From the NCBI GenBank assembly GCA_033763315.1, contig JANRKS010000034.1:96001-160000 (forward strand): DNA of 64,000 nucleotides, in the 5' to 3' direction. This document shows positions 29,387-39,637 of this stretch, piece by piece. The translations under genes and the position numbers were made by a program. The notes beneath the pieces are model-generated. The model was not told the origin of the DNA. It saw nothing but the letters and a program-made list of their open reading frames with translations, and did not search any database. The first letter of the stretch is position 1, and each line of letters starts with the position of its first letter. The DNA is from Deltaproteobacteria bacterium. Its GTDB lineage: Bacteria > Myxococcota_A > Polyangia > Fen-1088.

Positions 29387-30343
29387 TTACCAGCCGATAC
29401 CCAGCTGTAACCCAGCCTCCAGCGGCCGGACGGAAGTTTCGGGTGAGTTCTCCAAGAAGGATCCATCCCCCGTATTTACGTCGATCGGAATAATGTTTTG
29501 TGAGAGGCGCAGCTCTGTGTAGAGGCGCGTTGACGAAAACCGCATGAACATCAAGCCAAATTGACCGTAGGCCGCCGCACGCACGCCACCATCGGCGCCG
29601 CTGAACATGATCTTGGGGCTAAAGCCCACGCCCACGTAGGGGGATGTGTTGCCTTGGCCCAGGTACAAGCTGCCGCCGAACTCTGCAAATAAGGCGCCCA
29701 GGTTGCGGTGATCACCGCCGGTGGGCAGCGCAAGCCCTGCGCCAAATTCAAGAAAGTACGTTTCAGACTCGAAGCGACCGTCGAACTGCAATGACATCAT
29801 CGGGTTGAAGGTCACACCTTGCGCGAACGGCTGAATCAGTGCTGTTTTGAAGCCAATCACTTTTTCACTGTATGTGCGGTTGGGCCGCGAGGCTTCGGTG
29901 CGCGTGATCGAGTGCAGCGTGCGCGTGTCGTTGACGCCCACCCTGTGCACCAACGCTTCGCAAACTCGATCCGCGACAGGCGGCAGATCATCGAGCGAAG
30001 CCGCGGTCATTTCAACCGTGTGAATTTGCGTCCCGTCGGCTTGGCGAAGCGTGCCGCGGATCTGCACCTTCGATGACAGGCGTAGTGCCGAGATATCAAC
30101 GTACTCATCACCCGTGGGCTGCCATGTGCCTTCCAAGCCGCCTTCCGTTTGTTTGGGCGGCGGTGACACGCGTGTGCCGGACGCGCGTGCGTAAGCATCG
30201 GCGAACAGCACGCCCACGGCTTCACATTCGGACGCCGCCAGATTCGCACAAGCGGGGGGCGCTATCGAGACCTGTGCGGCGTGGGCTTGTACGGCAACAA
30301 AAGCGAGGGCAACGCCAATCAGGGAGGAGGCTCTGTAATGCAT
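29387..30343 (-). CDS. Exported protein with C-terminal outer-membrane beta-barrel
   Basis: Signal peptide AHA-A; amphipathic strands (SPYVGVG, YGQFGLM, LYTELR); terminal GLQLGIGW beta-signal. Confidence 0.75.
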   Translation of the reverse strand: MHYRASSLIGVALAFVAVQAHAAQVSIAPPACANLAASECEAVGVLFADAYARASGTRVSPPPKQTEGGLEGTWQPTGDEYVDISALRLSSKVQIRGTLRQADGTQIHTVEMTAASLDDLPPVADRVCEALVHRVGVNDTRTLHSITRTEASRPNRTYSEKVIGFKTALIQPFAQGVTFNPMMSLQFDGRFESETYFLEFGAGLALPTGGDHRNLGALFAEFGGSLYLGQGNTSPYVGVGFSPKIMFSGADGGVRAAAYGQFGLMFMRFSSTRLYTELRLSQNIIPIDVNTGDGSFLENSPETSVRPLEAGLQLGIGW

Positions 30344-30378
30344 GGGGTCTCCGGTGGGTGAGGGTCAGGGCCTGCATG

Positions 30379-30394
30379 TGCAGGGTATGTGCCA
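30379..30394 (-). promoter_or_regulatory. Sigma54 -24/-12 promoter for the beta-barrel gene
   Basis: Minus strand TGGCACATACCCTGCA (GG-N10-GC) 35 nt upstream of ATG 30343; GGAGA SD present. Confidence 0.65.
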
Positions 30395-30640
30395 GGGCAG
30401 CGTTGCTCGGGCCGTTGGGACGCCGCAGTCGCCGCGGAACCCGCATTTTCGGCGATCTTTAAACAAAGTGGACGCTTTAGATGGGCAAACCCATGCCCGC
30501 GGCTGGCTGAACCCGACGCGCGTGTTGCCCTTTGCCTGCCGGTTCCTCACCACCTGGGCTCGTGACTGTTGAATTCCTAACAGCGAAACCAGCCCCAGCC
30601 GTCGCGCAGGCTCCGCGCGCTGCTTTATACTCACGCAAGC

Positions 30641-32041
30641 ATGAACAAGATCTCGGTCGCCCATTTGCTGGCGGGAGCTTTGCCTCCCGGATCCCACGTG
30701 ACAGTCGAAGGCTGGGTACGCACCCGGCGCGATTCCAAAGCGGGGCTTTCGTTCATTGGCCTCACGGATGGCTCGGGCTTTCACCCACTACAGGTGGTTG
30801 CCTCAGCGGATCTGGCCAACTACCAGTCCGAAGTTCTCAAAGCAGGCGCAGGTTGCGCTTTGCGGGTCACCGGAATTCTGGTGCCATCGCAAGGACAGGG
30901 GCAAGCCGTCGAGCTGAAAGCCGAGGAGGTGCAAGTGGTGGGGTGGGTGGATGATCCCGAGACCTATCCGATCACACCGAAAAAGCACAGCGTGGAGTTT
31001 CTGCGCGAGGTGGCGCATCTGCGCGCGCGCACCAACCTCATTGGCGCCGTCACGCGCGTGCGCCACACGTTGGCGCAGGCGATTCACCAGTTCTTTGATC
31101 AACAGGGCTTCTTTTGGATCCACACGCCGATCATCACGGCCAGCGATTGCGAAGGCGCGGGTGCCATGTTTCGCGTGTCCACACTTGATGCCGTGAATCC
31201 GCCGCGCACGCCTTCAGGCGGCGTTGATTTCTCCCAAGACTTCTTCGGCAAGCCAGCGTTCTTGACCGTTTCAGGCCAACTTAACGTTGAAACGTATTGC
31301 ATGGCGATGAGCCGCGTCTATACGTTTGGCCCCACGTTTCGCGCGGAAAATTCGCACACGCGACGGCACTTGTCGGAGTTTTGGATGGTCGAGCCTGAGA
31401 TCGCGTTTGCCGATCTCAACGATGACGTCAGCCTGGCCGAAGCTTTCTTGAAATTCATCTTCACGCGCCTGCTGGATCAACGCGGCGATGATATGGCGTT
31501 CTTCGCCGATCGGGTCGACAAAGACTGCATCACGCGCGTCGAGAAACTGGTGAACGATAAGTTCGAACGCATGGACTACAGCGAGGCCATCGGACACCTG
31601 GAAAAATCGAACAAAAAATTCGAGTACCCCGTCAAGTGGGGCATCGATATGCAATCAGAACACGAGCGCTACCTTACCGAAGAAGTTGTGGGGCGCCCGG
31701 TGGCGGTGATGAACTTTCCGAAAGACATCAAAGCCTTCTACATGCGCGTGAACGAAGACCAACGCACGGTGGCTGCGATGGACGTGTTGGCGCCGGGCAT
31801 TGGCGAGATCATCGGCGGCAGCCAACGCGAAGAGCGTCTCGATGTGCTCGACGCCCGCTTAGACGAGATGAAACTACCCAAGGCTGAATACTGGTGGTAC
31901 CGCGATCTGCGTCGGTACGGCACGGTGCCGCACGCAGGCTTCGGCTTAGGCTTTGAACGCGCGATTCAATACGCCACGGGCGTGGACAACATCCGCGACG
32001 TGATTCCGTTCCCCCGCGCGCCGAAGCAAGCGGATTTTTAG
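30641..32041 (+). CDS. asnS: Asparagine--tRNA ligase
   Basis: [56 protein letters not shown]. Confidence 0.98.
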   Translation: MNKISVAHLLAGALPPGSHVTVEGWVRTRRDSKAGLSFIGLTDGSGFHPLQVVASADLANYQSEVLKAGAGCALRVTGILVPSQGQGQAVELKAEEVQVVGWVDDPETYPITPKKHSVEFLREVAHLRARTNLIGAVTRVRHTLAQAIHQFFDQQGFFWIHTPIITASDCEGAGAMFRVSTLDAVNPPRTPSGGVDFSQDFFGKPAFLTVSGQLNVETYCMAMSRVYTFGPTFRAENSHTRRHLSEFWMVEPEIAFADLNDDVSLAEAFLKFIFTRLLDQRGDDMAFFADRVDKDCITRVEKLVNDKFERMDYSEAIGHLEKSNKKFEYPVKWGIDMQSEHERYLTEEVVGRPVAVMNFPKDIKAFYMRVNEDQRTVAAMDVLAPGIGEIIGGSQREERLDVLDARLDEMKLPKAEYWWYRDLRRYGTVPHAGFGLGFERAIQYATGVDNIRDVIPFPRAPKQADF

Positions 32042-32048
32042 GGCGCTT

Positions 32049-34220
32049 ATGTCACATCCCTTCGCGCTCTCTGATGAGTTGTTCTTAACCGCCTTCGCGC
32101 AAACGCGCGCCTTCTTGCTGGGCCGCCCCGTGCGTCCCACCATTACCCCGGATGGCTCCGAAGTCCTGTTCTTGCGCAGCGGTCCGCGCTCTTCGCGCCA
32201 CGATCTGTTTTCGTTGCACATCGCCACCGGCCAGGAGCGCCTAATCTGCACAGCCGCCGATCTGCAAGCACCCGAGACGCTAAGCACGGAAGAAAAAGCA
32301 CGTCGCGAACGCCAACGCATCACCGACACGGGGCTTGTGGCTTATGAACTGTCACCGGATGGCCGCAGCGTTTTGTTGCCGCTCGCGGGCGTGCTGTACC
32401 TGCTTGATCGCCAGGTCAAATCCATTCGCCGCGTTCTGCCCGAGTCACACCCGCCCGTGATGGACGCGCGCTTCACACCAGACGGTCACGGCGTGGCTTT
32501 CGTGAGCGATCACAACTTGTACGTCGCAGAGCTGCCTCCAGATTCGAAGAACCCCGTAACCATCTGTGCTTTGACGACCGAGGGCTCGGCCGAGCGCTTC
32601 TTCGGTATGGCCGAGTTCGTGGCACAAGAAGAGATGTCGCGCTTCGAGGGTTATTGGTTCTCACCTGACGGCACACGAGCGCTCGTGGCGGTTGTGGATG
32701 AATCGGCTGTTGAAGCGTTTGCGATCGCGGATCCTGCGCGCCCTGAACGCACGCCGCATAGCTTTCGCTATCCTCGGCCCGGCAAAGCCAACGCTGACGT
32801 GGGTTTGCAACTCATCTCCCGCCGCGCCACCGAACGAGCCATCTCCGTAGTTTGGGACAAGCACGCGTATCCATACCTAGCGCGCGTCTTATGGCAGTGC
32901 CCCGACACGCCGCCCGCCTTGTGGGTGCAAAGCCGCGATCAACGTCGTGCCGCTCTGCTGTCGGTGGACGTGGCCACAGGCACAACGTCACCGCTGTTCG
33001 AGGAATATGACGAAGCCTGGATCAACCTCGACAACCAGCTGCCGCGCTTTTTGCCGCAACAACGCGGGCTTCTGCACGTCACTGAAGCACCAGGCGCACG
33101 TGAGCTGCAATTGCGATCACCACAAGGGGCCCTGATCCGCACACTCGTTCCTGCAGACGCGGGCTTTTTGCAGTTCGTGGGCGCCGACGTTCGCAATGAT
33201 CGCATCCTGGTTTTGTTGGGCGACGCACTTTACAGCCGCCCGGCCTGGGTGCCGCTTTCGTCGCAAGCTTCGTTTTCACCACGCTTGTTGCCTGCCGATC
33301 AGCAAACCGATCCAAGCGATCGAACAAGCTGCAGCTACTCCACCTCGGCAGGCCTGCTGGTGGAGACGCGCGTCTGCCCCACAACGTGGCCTACCATGCG
33401 CGTGTTAAACGCAGAAGGCGCGCTCAAATGCGTGGTGCCCGACACGGCAGAGGCCCCTCCTTTTTCGGTGAAGGTTGAACTCACGCAGGTGGCGACCGCG
33501 CAATTTCATGCGGCCATCGTACGCCCCCACAACTTTGACCCCACGCGCACCTACCCGGTGATTGTGCACGTGTATGGCGGGCCGCACGCGTTGCTCGTCA
33601 AAGCGGATCAACGTCAGTTTGTGTTTGATCAGTGGCTCGCAAACCAAGGCGCGATCGTCGTGGCGATCGATAACCGTGGGACGCCTCGTCGCGATCGCAC
33701 GTGGGAGCGTGGCATCAAAGGCGCCTTTGGCGATGTGCCGCTGCAAGATCAAGTGGAGGCGTTGCAAGCCCTCGCGGTTCGTGTTCCACAAATGGATCTG
33801 AACCGCGTCGGCATCTACGGTTGGTCGTTTGGTGGCTTCATGTCGGCTCTCGCGGCCCTGCGGCGCCCCGACATCTTCAAGGTGGCCGTGGCCGGGGCGC
33901 CCGTGGTCGATTGGTTGGATTACGACACCCACTACACCGAGCGGTATTTAGGTTTGCCCGAAGAAGCGCTTGAGGCTTACCGCGGCAGCAATCTTCTCAC
34001 TTTCGCTGAATCTCTCACAGTGCCGCTCCTCCTGATTCACGGCACCGCCGACGACAACGTGTACTTCTTCCATTCGCTCAAGCTGGCCGACGCCCTGCTG
34101 CGCGCCGGCCGCCCGTTCGACTTCCTGCCGCTGCCCGGCACGACACACCAGATCGGCGATGCGGTGGTGCGGGAGAGGTTGTGGGCGCACGTGGCGAAGT
34201 ACTTGTTCGACCGCCTTTAA
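32049..34220 (+). CDS. Dipeptidyl peptidase IV (S9B) family
   Basis: EE motif QEEM, YGGPH, GWSFGG (catalytic Ser), YDTHYTERY, HGTADDNV, catalytic His in GTTH. Confidence 0.93.
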   Translation: MSHPFALSDELFLTAFAQTRAFLLGRPVRPTITPDGSEVLFLRSGPRSSRHDLFSLHIATGQERLICTAADLQAPETLSTEEKARRERQRITDTGLVAYELSPDGRSVLLPLAGVLYLLDRQVKSIRRVLPESHPPVMDARFTPDGHGVAFVSDHNLYVAELPPDSKNPVTICALTTEGSAERFFGMAEFVAQEEMSRFEGYWFSPDGTRALVAVVDESAVEAFAIADPARPERTPHSFRYPRPGKANADVGLQLISRRATERAISVVWDKHAYPYLARVLWQCPDTPPALWVQSRDQRRAALLSVDVATGTTSPLFEEYDEAWINLDNQLPRFLPQQRGLLHVTEAPGARELQLRSPQGALIRTLVPADAGFLQFVGADVRNDRILVLLGDALYSRPAWVPLSSQASFSPRLLPADQQTDPSDRTSCSYSTSAGLLVETRVCPTTWPTMRVLNAEGALKCVVPDTAEAPPFSVKVELTQVATAQFHAAIVRPHNFDPTRTYPVIVHVYGGPHALLVKADQRQFVFDQWLANQGAIVVAIDNRGTPRRDRTWERGIKGAFGDVPLQDQVEALQALAVRVPQMDLNRVGIYGWSFGGFMSALAALRRPDIFKVAVAGAPVVDWLDYDTHYTERYLGLPEEALEAYRGSNLLTFAESLTVPLLLIHGTADDNVYFFHSLKLADALLRAGRPFDFLPLPGTTHQIGDAVVRERLWAHVAKYLFDRL

Positions 34221-34293
34221 CCCGAAATCCCGCAGGGGCTGGTTTTTCTTTTCCCGGGAGCGTGGAAGTCCGGTATTTTCCATCTCCCTCACG

Positions 34294-35475
34294 ATGTCTG
34301 CCCCACCCACTTTCGAACGCCTCGCACTCCTTCCTCCTTACGTTTTGGGCCGTGTTGACGAGTTGAAGAACCGTCTGCGCGCCGAAGGCCGTGAGATCTA
34401 TGACTTTGGCCTGGGCAACCCTGATGGCCCCAGCCCCAAGGCCGTGGTGGAACGGTTGCAGACGGAACTCGGCAAGCCCGGCTTTCAGCGCTACATGCCG
34501 TCCAAAGGCTTGCCTGAAACCCGCCAGGCGATTTGCCAGTGGTACCAGCGCCGCTACGGGCAAACGTTTAATCCGGAAACCGAGGCGGTCGTCACGATCG
34601 GCTCGAAAGAGGGCATCGGCCACTTGTTGTTGGCGATCGTGGGGCAGGGCGATTGCGTGTTGAGCCCCGACCCCGGTTATCCCATTCACCGCTTCGGTGT
34701 GTTGATAGCGGGCGGCGAACCTGTGCCGGTCAAGGTGGCCCCCGGTCTTGACCATTTTGCCGAGATTGAAGCCGCTTTGGCGCGTTCCCCGCGCAGGCCC
34801 AAGGGGCTCATCGTGAACTTTCCGCACAACCCCACAACGGCCGTTGCGGATCTTTCCTTCTATAAGAAGGTGGTGGCGCTGGCCCAACGCGAATCCCTTT
34901 GGGTTATTTCAGATCTGGCCTACGCTGACCTTACGTTTACCGGTCAGCAGTCGCCCAGCATCTTCGAGGTTCCAGGCGCCCGCGATCTGGCCATCGAGTT
35001 CTTCACCGTCTCGAAAAGCTATAATATGCCCGGTTGGCGCGTGGGTTTTGCCGTGGGCAATCCCACCTTGGTCGGCAGCGTCACCACCATGAAGGGCTAC
35101 ATGGATTACGGCATCTTCGCCCCCACCCAGCTCGCCGCCGCCACCGCCGTCACCCAGTGCGATGATGCGGTTCGCCAGATTTGCGACTTGTATAAGCACC
35201 GGGCCGCCAAGCTGGTGTCGTCCCTCAATGCTGCGGGTTGGCCGGTGCAGGCACCCGCCGCCACCATGTTCGTGTGGGCGCGCATCCCTGAGAAGTTCCA
35301 GGCCGCCGGCGCCGTGGCGTTTGCCTCAAAGCTGCTTGAAGAAGCCGGTGTGGCTGTGGCTCCGGGTGTGGGTTTCGGCCCGGGGGGCGAGGGCTACGTG
35401 CGATTCTCGCTCATCGAAAGCGACGCGCGGGTGGACGCCGCCTGCCAAGCTCTGGGCCGGTTTCTGTCCCAGTAA
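34294..35475 (+). CDS. alaC: Class I/II aminotransferase, AlaC (glutamate-pyruvate)-like
   Basis: LPPYV, GNPDG, TIGSKEG, NFPHNPT, DLAY, SKSYNM.GWR.GF, DYG.F.P.Q. Confidence 0.8.
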   Translation: MSAPPTFERLALLPPYVLGRVDELKNRLRAEGREIYDFGLGNPDGPSPKAVVERLQTELGKPGFQRYMPSKGLPETRQAICQWYQRRYGQTFNPETEAVVTIGSKEGIGHLLLAIVGQGDCVLSPDPGYPIHRFGVLIAGGEPVPVKVAPGLDHFAEIEAALARSPRRPKGLIVNFPHNPTTAVADLSFYKKVVALAQRESLWVISDLAYADLTFTGQQSPSIFEVPGARDLAIEFFTVSKSYNMPGWRVGFAVGNPTLVGSVTTMKGYMDYGIFAPTQLAAATAVTQCDDAVRQICDLYKHRAAKLVSSLNAAGWPVQAPAATMFVWARIPEKFQAAGAVAFASKLLEEAGVAVAPGVGFGPGGEGYVRFSLIESDARVDAACQALGRFLSQ

Positions 35476-35538
35476 CGGGCCCCAGCGGCCCCGGCCGCGA
35501 AAACTAGCACTTTCGCCTCCTTCCACCAAAAGATCGGT

Positions 35539-35567
35539 TTGACAAGGCCGATAACCACGAGTAGAAA
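35539..35567 (+). promoter_or_regulatory. Sigma70 promoter of rplM-rpsI
   Basis: TTGACA-17 nt-TAGAAA, 9 nt before the ATG. Confidence 0.7.
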
Positions 35568-35576
35568 ACGCACCCC

Positions 35577-36023
35577 ATGCCTTCAGCACCTGTGCTTCAC
35601 CGCAAAACCATCACGGCCGAGCCCCTTGACCGGGAATGGTACGTGGCCGACGTTAAGGGTCTTACCCTTGGCCGTGCAGCCACCAAAATTGCGGCCGTCC
35701 TTCGCGGCAAACACCGCGCCCGTTTCGTTCCCCACCAAGACGCAGGCGACTTCGTCGTCGTTGTGAATGCCGACCAAGTCAAGCTGACCGGCAACAAGTG
35801 GGACAACAAGACCTACTACGATCACACGCTCTTTCCCGGTGGCCTCAAGTCATACTCGGCCGCGCAATTGAACGAGCGTCGCCCCACCGATCTGGTTGAA
35901 CGCGCCGTTTGGGGCATGTTGCCCAAAGGCCCGCTTGGCCGTCGTATCTATAAGAAGCTGAAAGTCTATGCTGGTGCAGAACACCCGCACACGGCTCAGC
36001 AACCTAAGCCCCTCGCCCTTTAG
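35577..36023 (+). CDS. rplM: 50S ribosomal protein L13
   Basis: [42 protein letters not shown]. Confidence 0.98.
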   Translation: MPSAPVLHRKTITAEPLDREWYVADVKGLTLGRAATKIAAVLRGKHRARFVPHQDAGDFVVVVNADQVKLTGNKWDNKTYYDHTLFPGGLKSYSAAQLNERRPTDLVERAVWGMLPKGPLGRRIYKKLKVYAGAEHPHTAQQPKPLAL

Positions 36024-36044
36024 TGTTTTTGGAGCTCATTCACG

Positions 36045-36443
36045 ATGCCTGAGAAGCAGACCAATTATTACGCCACGGGCCGCCGCAAAGAAGCGGTTGC
36101 ACGCGTGTGGATCCAGCCCGGTGAAGGCAAGTTCGCCATTAACAACCGCTCGCTGGAGGAATACTTCGGTCGCGAGACGTCACGCATGGTGTTCCGCCAA
36201 GCGCTTGAGCTCACGGAAACGATCGGCCAGATGGATGTGGTTTGCTCTGTAAAGGGCGGCGGTCTTTCGGGTCAAGCGGCGGCGATTCGCCACGGCATCT
36301 CCCGCGCGCTCACACGCTTTAACCCTGAACTGCGTGGCACCCTCAAGAAGGCCGGCTACATGACCCGCGACGCTCGTAAGAAAGAGCGTAAGAAGTACGG
36401 TCAACCCGGCGCTCGTAAACGCTTCCAGTTCTCGAAGCGCTAG
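36045..36443 (+). CDS. rpsI: 30S ribosomal protein S9
   Basis: [41 protein letters not shown]. Confidence 0.99.
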   Translation: MPEKQTNYYATGRRKEAVARVWIQPGEGKFAINNRSLEEYFGRETSRMVFRQALELTETIGQMDVVCSVKGGGLSGQAAAIRHGISRALTRFNPELRGTLKKAGYMTRDARKKERKKYGQPGARKRFQFSKR

Positions 36444-36470
36444 TCGCTCTCGAAACAACCAGCGGCAACG

Positions 36471-36500
36471 AACCCACCCTCACCGGTGGGTTTTTGCTTT
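36471..36500 (+). terminator. Rho-independent terminator
   Basis: AACCCACC-ctcacc-GGTGGGTT followed by TTTgcTTT. Confidence 0.8.
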
Positions 36501-36557
36501 TCGAACCAGGAAGCCAAGATCGAGTAGTTCGGCCGCCGTGACCGGCTCTGTGCAGGC

Positions 36558-38111
36558 TCAGTCTTCGCCTACGGCGTACACCACTTTGGTGTGCGACGCG
36601 CGGTCGTGAAGGGCTTGCCGGTTGTCGTCAAACAGCGCCAACACGAACCCGGCAAGCCAAGGTATCACCAACATGGCGTTCGGCAGCAATAAGCGGCGCA
36701 AGAGGGGCTGCGTGGCCTCTTCGAGCACGGGGATCTTCGTGACACCCACCATGGCCCCCAATTGATCCGTGGCGGCGCCCAATGACACCACGCCGCTGGC
36801 AGAGCCGATTTCGAGCGAAATCATCGCCCCCGCCATCAGTGGCGCCCAAAACTCCACTACAAAGCGAAGCAACAAGCGCGGCAACGTGACCGCGCGGTCG
36901 GTGCCTTGCAGCTTCAAACCCAACATGCGCTTGCCCACGGTGCGCTGCCAAAACCGGTGGCACACGATGTAGTACGTGCCGAGAAGTCCCAGTGCAGTCA
37001 GGCTGCCCGGTGAATCCGAAAGCTGCAGGGTGCTGGTGACGATCTCGCTGGCCACAGCCACCAGACCAAGGTCGATGGCCAGCGCCGTGGCGCGCGCAGG
37101 TAACCCGCCGGCCACAACGGGTTTGGGGCGCAAGGCCATCAATCGTTCCAACAACTCTTCGTAGGTCGCGGGCCGCTTGAACGGGTCCGGTTCGATCATT
37201 TCGGCCACCAAGCGGCGCAAGCGCCACGGCGCCAAATCCTCCGGTATCGGCGGTCGGGGTGCGGCCATGTGCTTGGCGAACAAATCGGTCATCGATTTGG
37301 CGTCGAACGGCGCGCGCCCCGTGAGGATCTCGTAAAACGCGATGCCCAAAGAATAGATATCGCTGCGGTGATCGGGCTTGCGGCCGTCGATGCGTTCCGG
37401 CGCCGCGTACCGAGGCGTGCCTGCGAAATGATCTTCGGTGCTGCCAATGGGCGCCGCCAAACCGAAGTCAGCGACTTTGATCTCCACCTTGCTTGAACGG
37501 TAAAGGCTGCCGTGGCTCAGGAGAATATTCGAGGGCTTCACATCTCGGTGCGAAATGCCGCGCAAATGCGCCGCGAACAATGCGCGCGCTGTTTGGATCA
37601 TGCACTCAAGCGCTTCACTCCACGGGATGGGCCCCGTTTTTTTCATGCGGTCTTCGAGCGTTTGCCCATTCACGAATTCCATCGCGAAGTAGGGCGCTCC
37701 GCGGTACCGGCCAACGTAATAAATCGCGACCACGTGGGGGTGCTGGATGCGGGCCTGGGCGCGCGCTTCCATGATCATGCGTTCCACGAGCTCCGGGTAA
37801 TCCGCCAGCTCTTCACGCATCACCTTGAGCGCCACGGGCCGCTCCAAGCTTAGATCGTGCGCCAGATACACGCGGCCCATGCCACCTTCGCCCAGCAGGC
37901 CGCGCACCTCGAAGTGGTCGATGACGCTGCCGATCAAGGGATCGTCGGCCGCCGGCAGCGCGCGCTCCACGGGCGGTCGATCCACCGTGTACGCGGTTCT
38001 GTTCGCGGCCATGGTGGTCTCCGGAATGGTGGCGCTCATATCGGTGCGGCCATGCCGTGGATTCCCCACGGCTACGGTTTCGCCCAACGCCTCCTGTTCA
38101 GACCACGGCAC
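36558..38111 (-). CDS. Ser/Thr protein kinase fused to a C-terminal RDD membrane domain
   Basis: GEGGMG, VALK, HRDVKPSN, DFG, GTPRYAAPE, SDIYSLG; RDD R..A.AID..TVGKR.LGL..QALHD; start GTG 38111 or ATG 38039. Confidence 0.9.
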   Translation of the reverse strand: MPWSEQEALGETVAVGNPRHGRTDMSATIPETTMAANRTAYTVDRPPVERALPAADDPLIGSVIDHFEVRGLLGEGGMGRVYLAHDLSLERPVALKVMREELADYPELVERMIMEARAQARIQHPHVVAIYYVGRYRGAPYFAMEFVNGQTLEDRMKKTGPIPWSEALECMIQTARALFAAHLRGISHRDVKPSNILLSHGSLYRSSKVEIKVADFGLAAPIGSTEDHFAGTPRYAAPERIDGRKPDHRSDIYSLGIAFYEILTGRAPFDAKSMTDLFAKHMAAPRPPIPEDLAPWRLRRLVAEMIEPDPFKRPATYEELLERLMALRPKPVVAGGLPARATALAIDLGLVAVASEIVTSTLQLSDSPGSLTALGLLGTYYIVCHRFWQRTVGKRMLGLKLQGTDRAVTLPRLLLRFVVEFWAPLMAGAMISLEIGSASGVVSLGAATDQLGAMVGVTKIPVLEEATQPLLRRLLLPNAMLVIPWLAGFVLALFDDNRQALHDRASHTKVVYAVGED

Positions 38112-38154
38112 GCGGACATCATACATTGGAAGAGCCTTCGGTTAAACTGATGGG

Positions 38155-39615
38155 ATGAAAGCTTTTGCGGCGGGTACGAAGAACGCCCGCACGCGTTTTG
38201 TCCTGCCGTGGGGGCAACCGCGGGGTGCGCCGCGAGGCGCCCATAGGCGTCTTTCAAGACGTTTGGCATTCATCACACTTTTGCCCGTCACGCTGGGAAT
38301 TCTGCTGCTGGCGGTTTTTGCGGAACGCCGCGCCCATTCGCTCCTTGAAGACGAACTTGGGCGACGTTTGGCGCTTTCGGCCGTTGGCATCGCGCTGCAG
38401 GTCTTGCCTGAGCAAGTGATTGCATTGACAGAAGGCGAGGAGAACTCGCGAACTTTCGCCAATGTCCGGCACAAGTTGTTGTCTGGGCAAATGCGTTTCG
38501 GGCTGCGTCGCGTTTTGGTGTTGGCGCCGGATTTTACCGCGCGTGGCGATAGCTCAGGGCGCTTGCGGCTTGGTGCCAAGGCGTATGAAGTGACCGCGGA
38601 TGAGCCCGAGATCCGTGCGGCGCTCGCGGGGCAACCAACGGCGTCAATCTTATTCACGGGCCGCGATCGCCTTCCGTATAAGCGCGCGTACGCCGCCATC
38701 GGCGCACCGGCGGTAGGCGTTGTGATGGTGGAAGGCAACGCAACGTACTACGAGCCGTTGGTGCGCTTCCGCCGTTGGTTATTTGTGTGGGGCGGCTTTC
38801 TTCTTTTGGTCTTGGTGGTGGCGGTGGTGGTGATCGGCCAGCGCATCGTGGGCCCTGTGGGGCGTTTGGCCTTGGCGGCCGATCGCATCGGTGGTGGCGA
38901 ACTGTCGGCGCCGATCGCGATCGAAACCAAGGACGAGATCGGTTTGTTGGCCGAACGGTTCGAGCAGATGCGGCGGGCGTTGGCGGCGCGCGATGAACGC
39001 ATGCAAATGATGTTGGCTGGCATCGCACATGAGGTGCGCAACCCGCTGGGGGGCCTGGAATTGTTCGTGGGCCTTTTGCGCGAAGGGCTTGTGGACCAGC
39101 CGGAGCGCCTCGCAGAGGTCGCGAGCTTGCAGCGGGAGCTCACTTACCTGAACGCGGTGGTAAGCGAGTTTTTGGATTACGCACGGCGGCCGGTCTTATC
39201 GCTTGAGGAATTAAACGTGCGCGACGTCTTGCAAGATGTCGTGGCCGCGGCGGGCGCTACGCGTGACGTGGTGCAAGTGAACGGTGCTGCAGGATTGCTA
39301 GTGAAAGCCGATGCCGGGCAACTGCGCCGGGCGTTGCTGAACTTGTTGCGAAACGCTTTGCAGGTGGCGCCACAGGGGCCCGTGGTGCTGGCCGCGCGGC
39401 AGGAGAAGGATCACACAATCATTGAAGTGCGAGACGCCGGTCCGGGTGTGCCTGCCGAACTGCAGGAAAAGATCTTCACGCCGTTTTTTACCACGCGGCA
39501 AAAAGGCACCGGTTTGGGCCTGGCCTTTGCCAAAGAAATTGTAGCGGAGCACCATGGCTCGCTCACCGTTCATACGGCGCCCGAAGGCGGCGCCTGCTTT
39601 CGAATCACGCTATAA
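38155..39615 (+). CDS. Membrane sensor histidine kinase (HAMP)
   Basis: 2 TM, HAMP DEIG.LA, IAHEVRNPL, NLLRNA, D.GPG, FFTTR, GTGLGL. Confidence 0.93.
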   Translation: MKAFAAGTKNARTRFVLPWGQPRGAPRGAHRRLSRRLAFITLLPVTLGILLLAVFAERRAHSLLEDELGRRLALSAVGIALQVLPEQVIALTEGEENSRTFANVRHKLLSGQMRFGLRRVLVLAPDFTARGDSSGRLRLGAKAYEVTADEPEIRAALAGQPTASILFTGRDRLPYKRAYAAIGAPAVGVVMVEGNATYYEPLVRFRRWLFVWGGFLLLVLVVAVVVIGQRIVGPVGRLALAADRIGGGELSAPIAIETKDEIGLLAERFEQMRRALAARDERMQMMLAGIAHEVRNPLGGLELFVGLLREGLVDQPERLAEVASLQRELTYLNAVVSEFLDYARRPVLSLEELNVRDVLQDVVAAAGATRDVVQVNGAAGLLVKADAGQLRRALLNLLRNALQVAPQGPVVLAARQEKDHTIIEVRDAGPGVPAELQEKIFTPFFTTRQKGTGLGLAFAKEIVAEHHGSLTVHTAPEGGACFRITL

Positions 39616-39637
39616 CCGCAACTGAGGTCGCACACGC

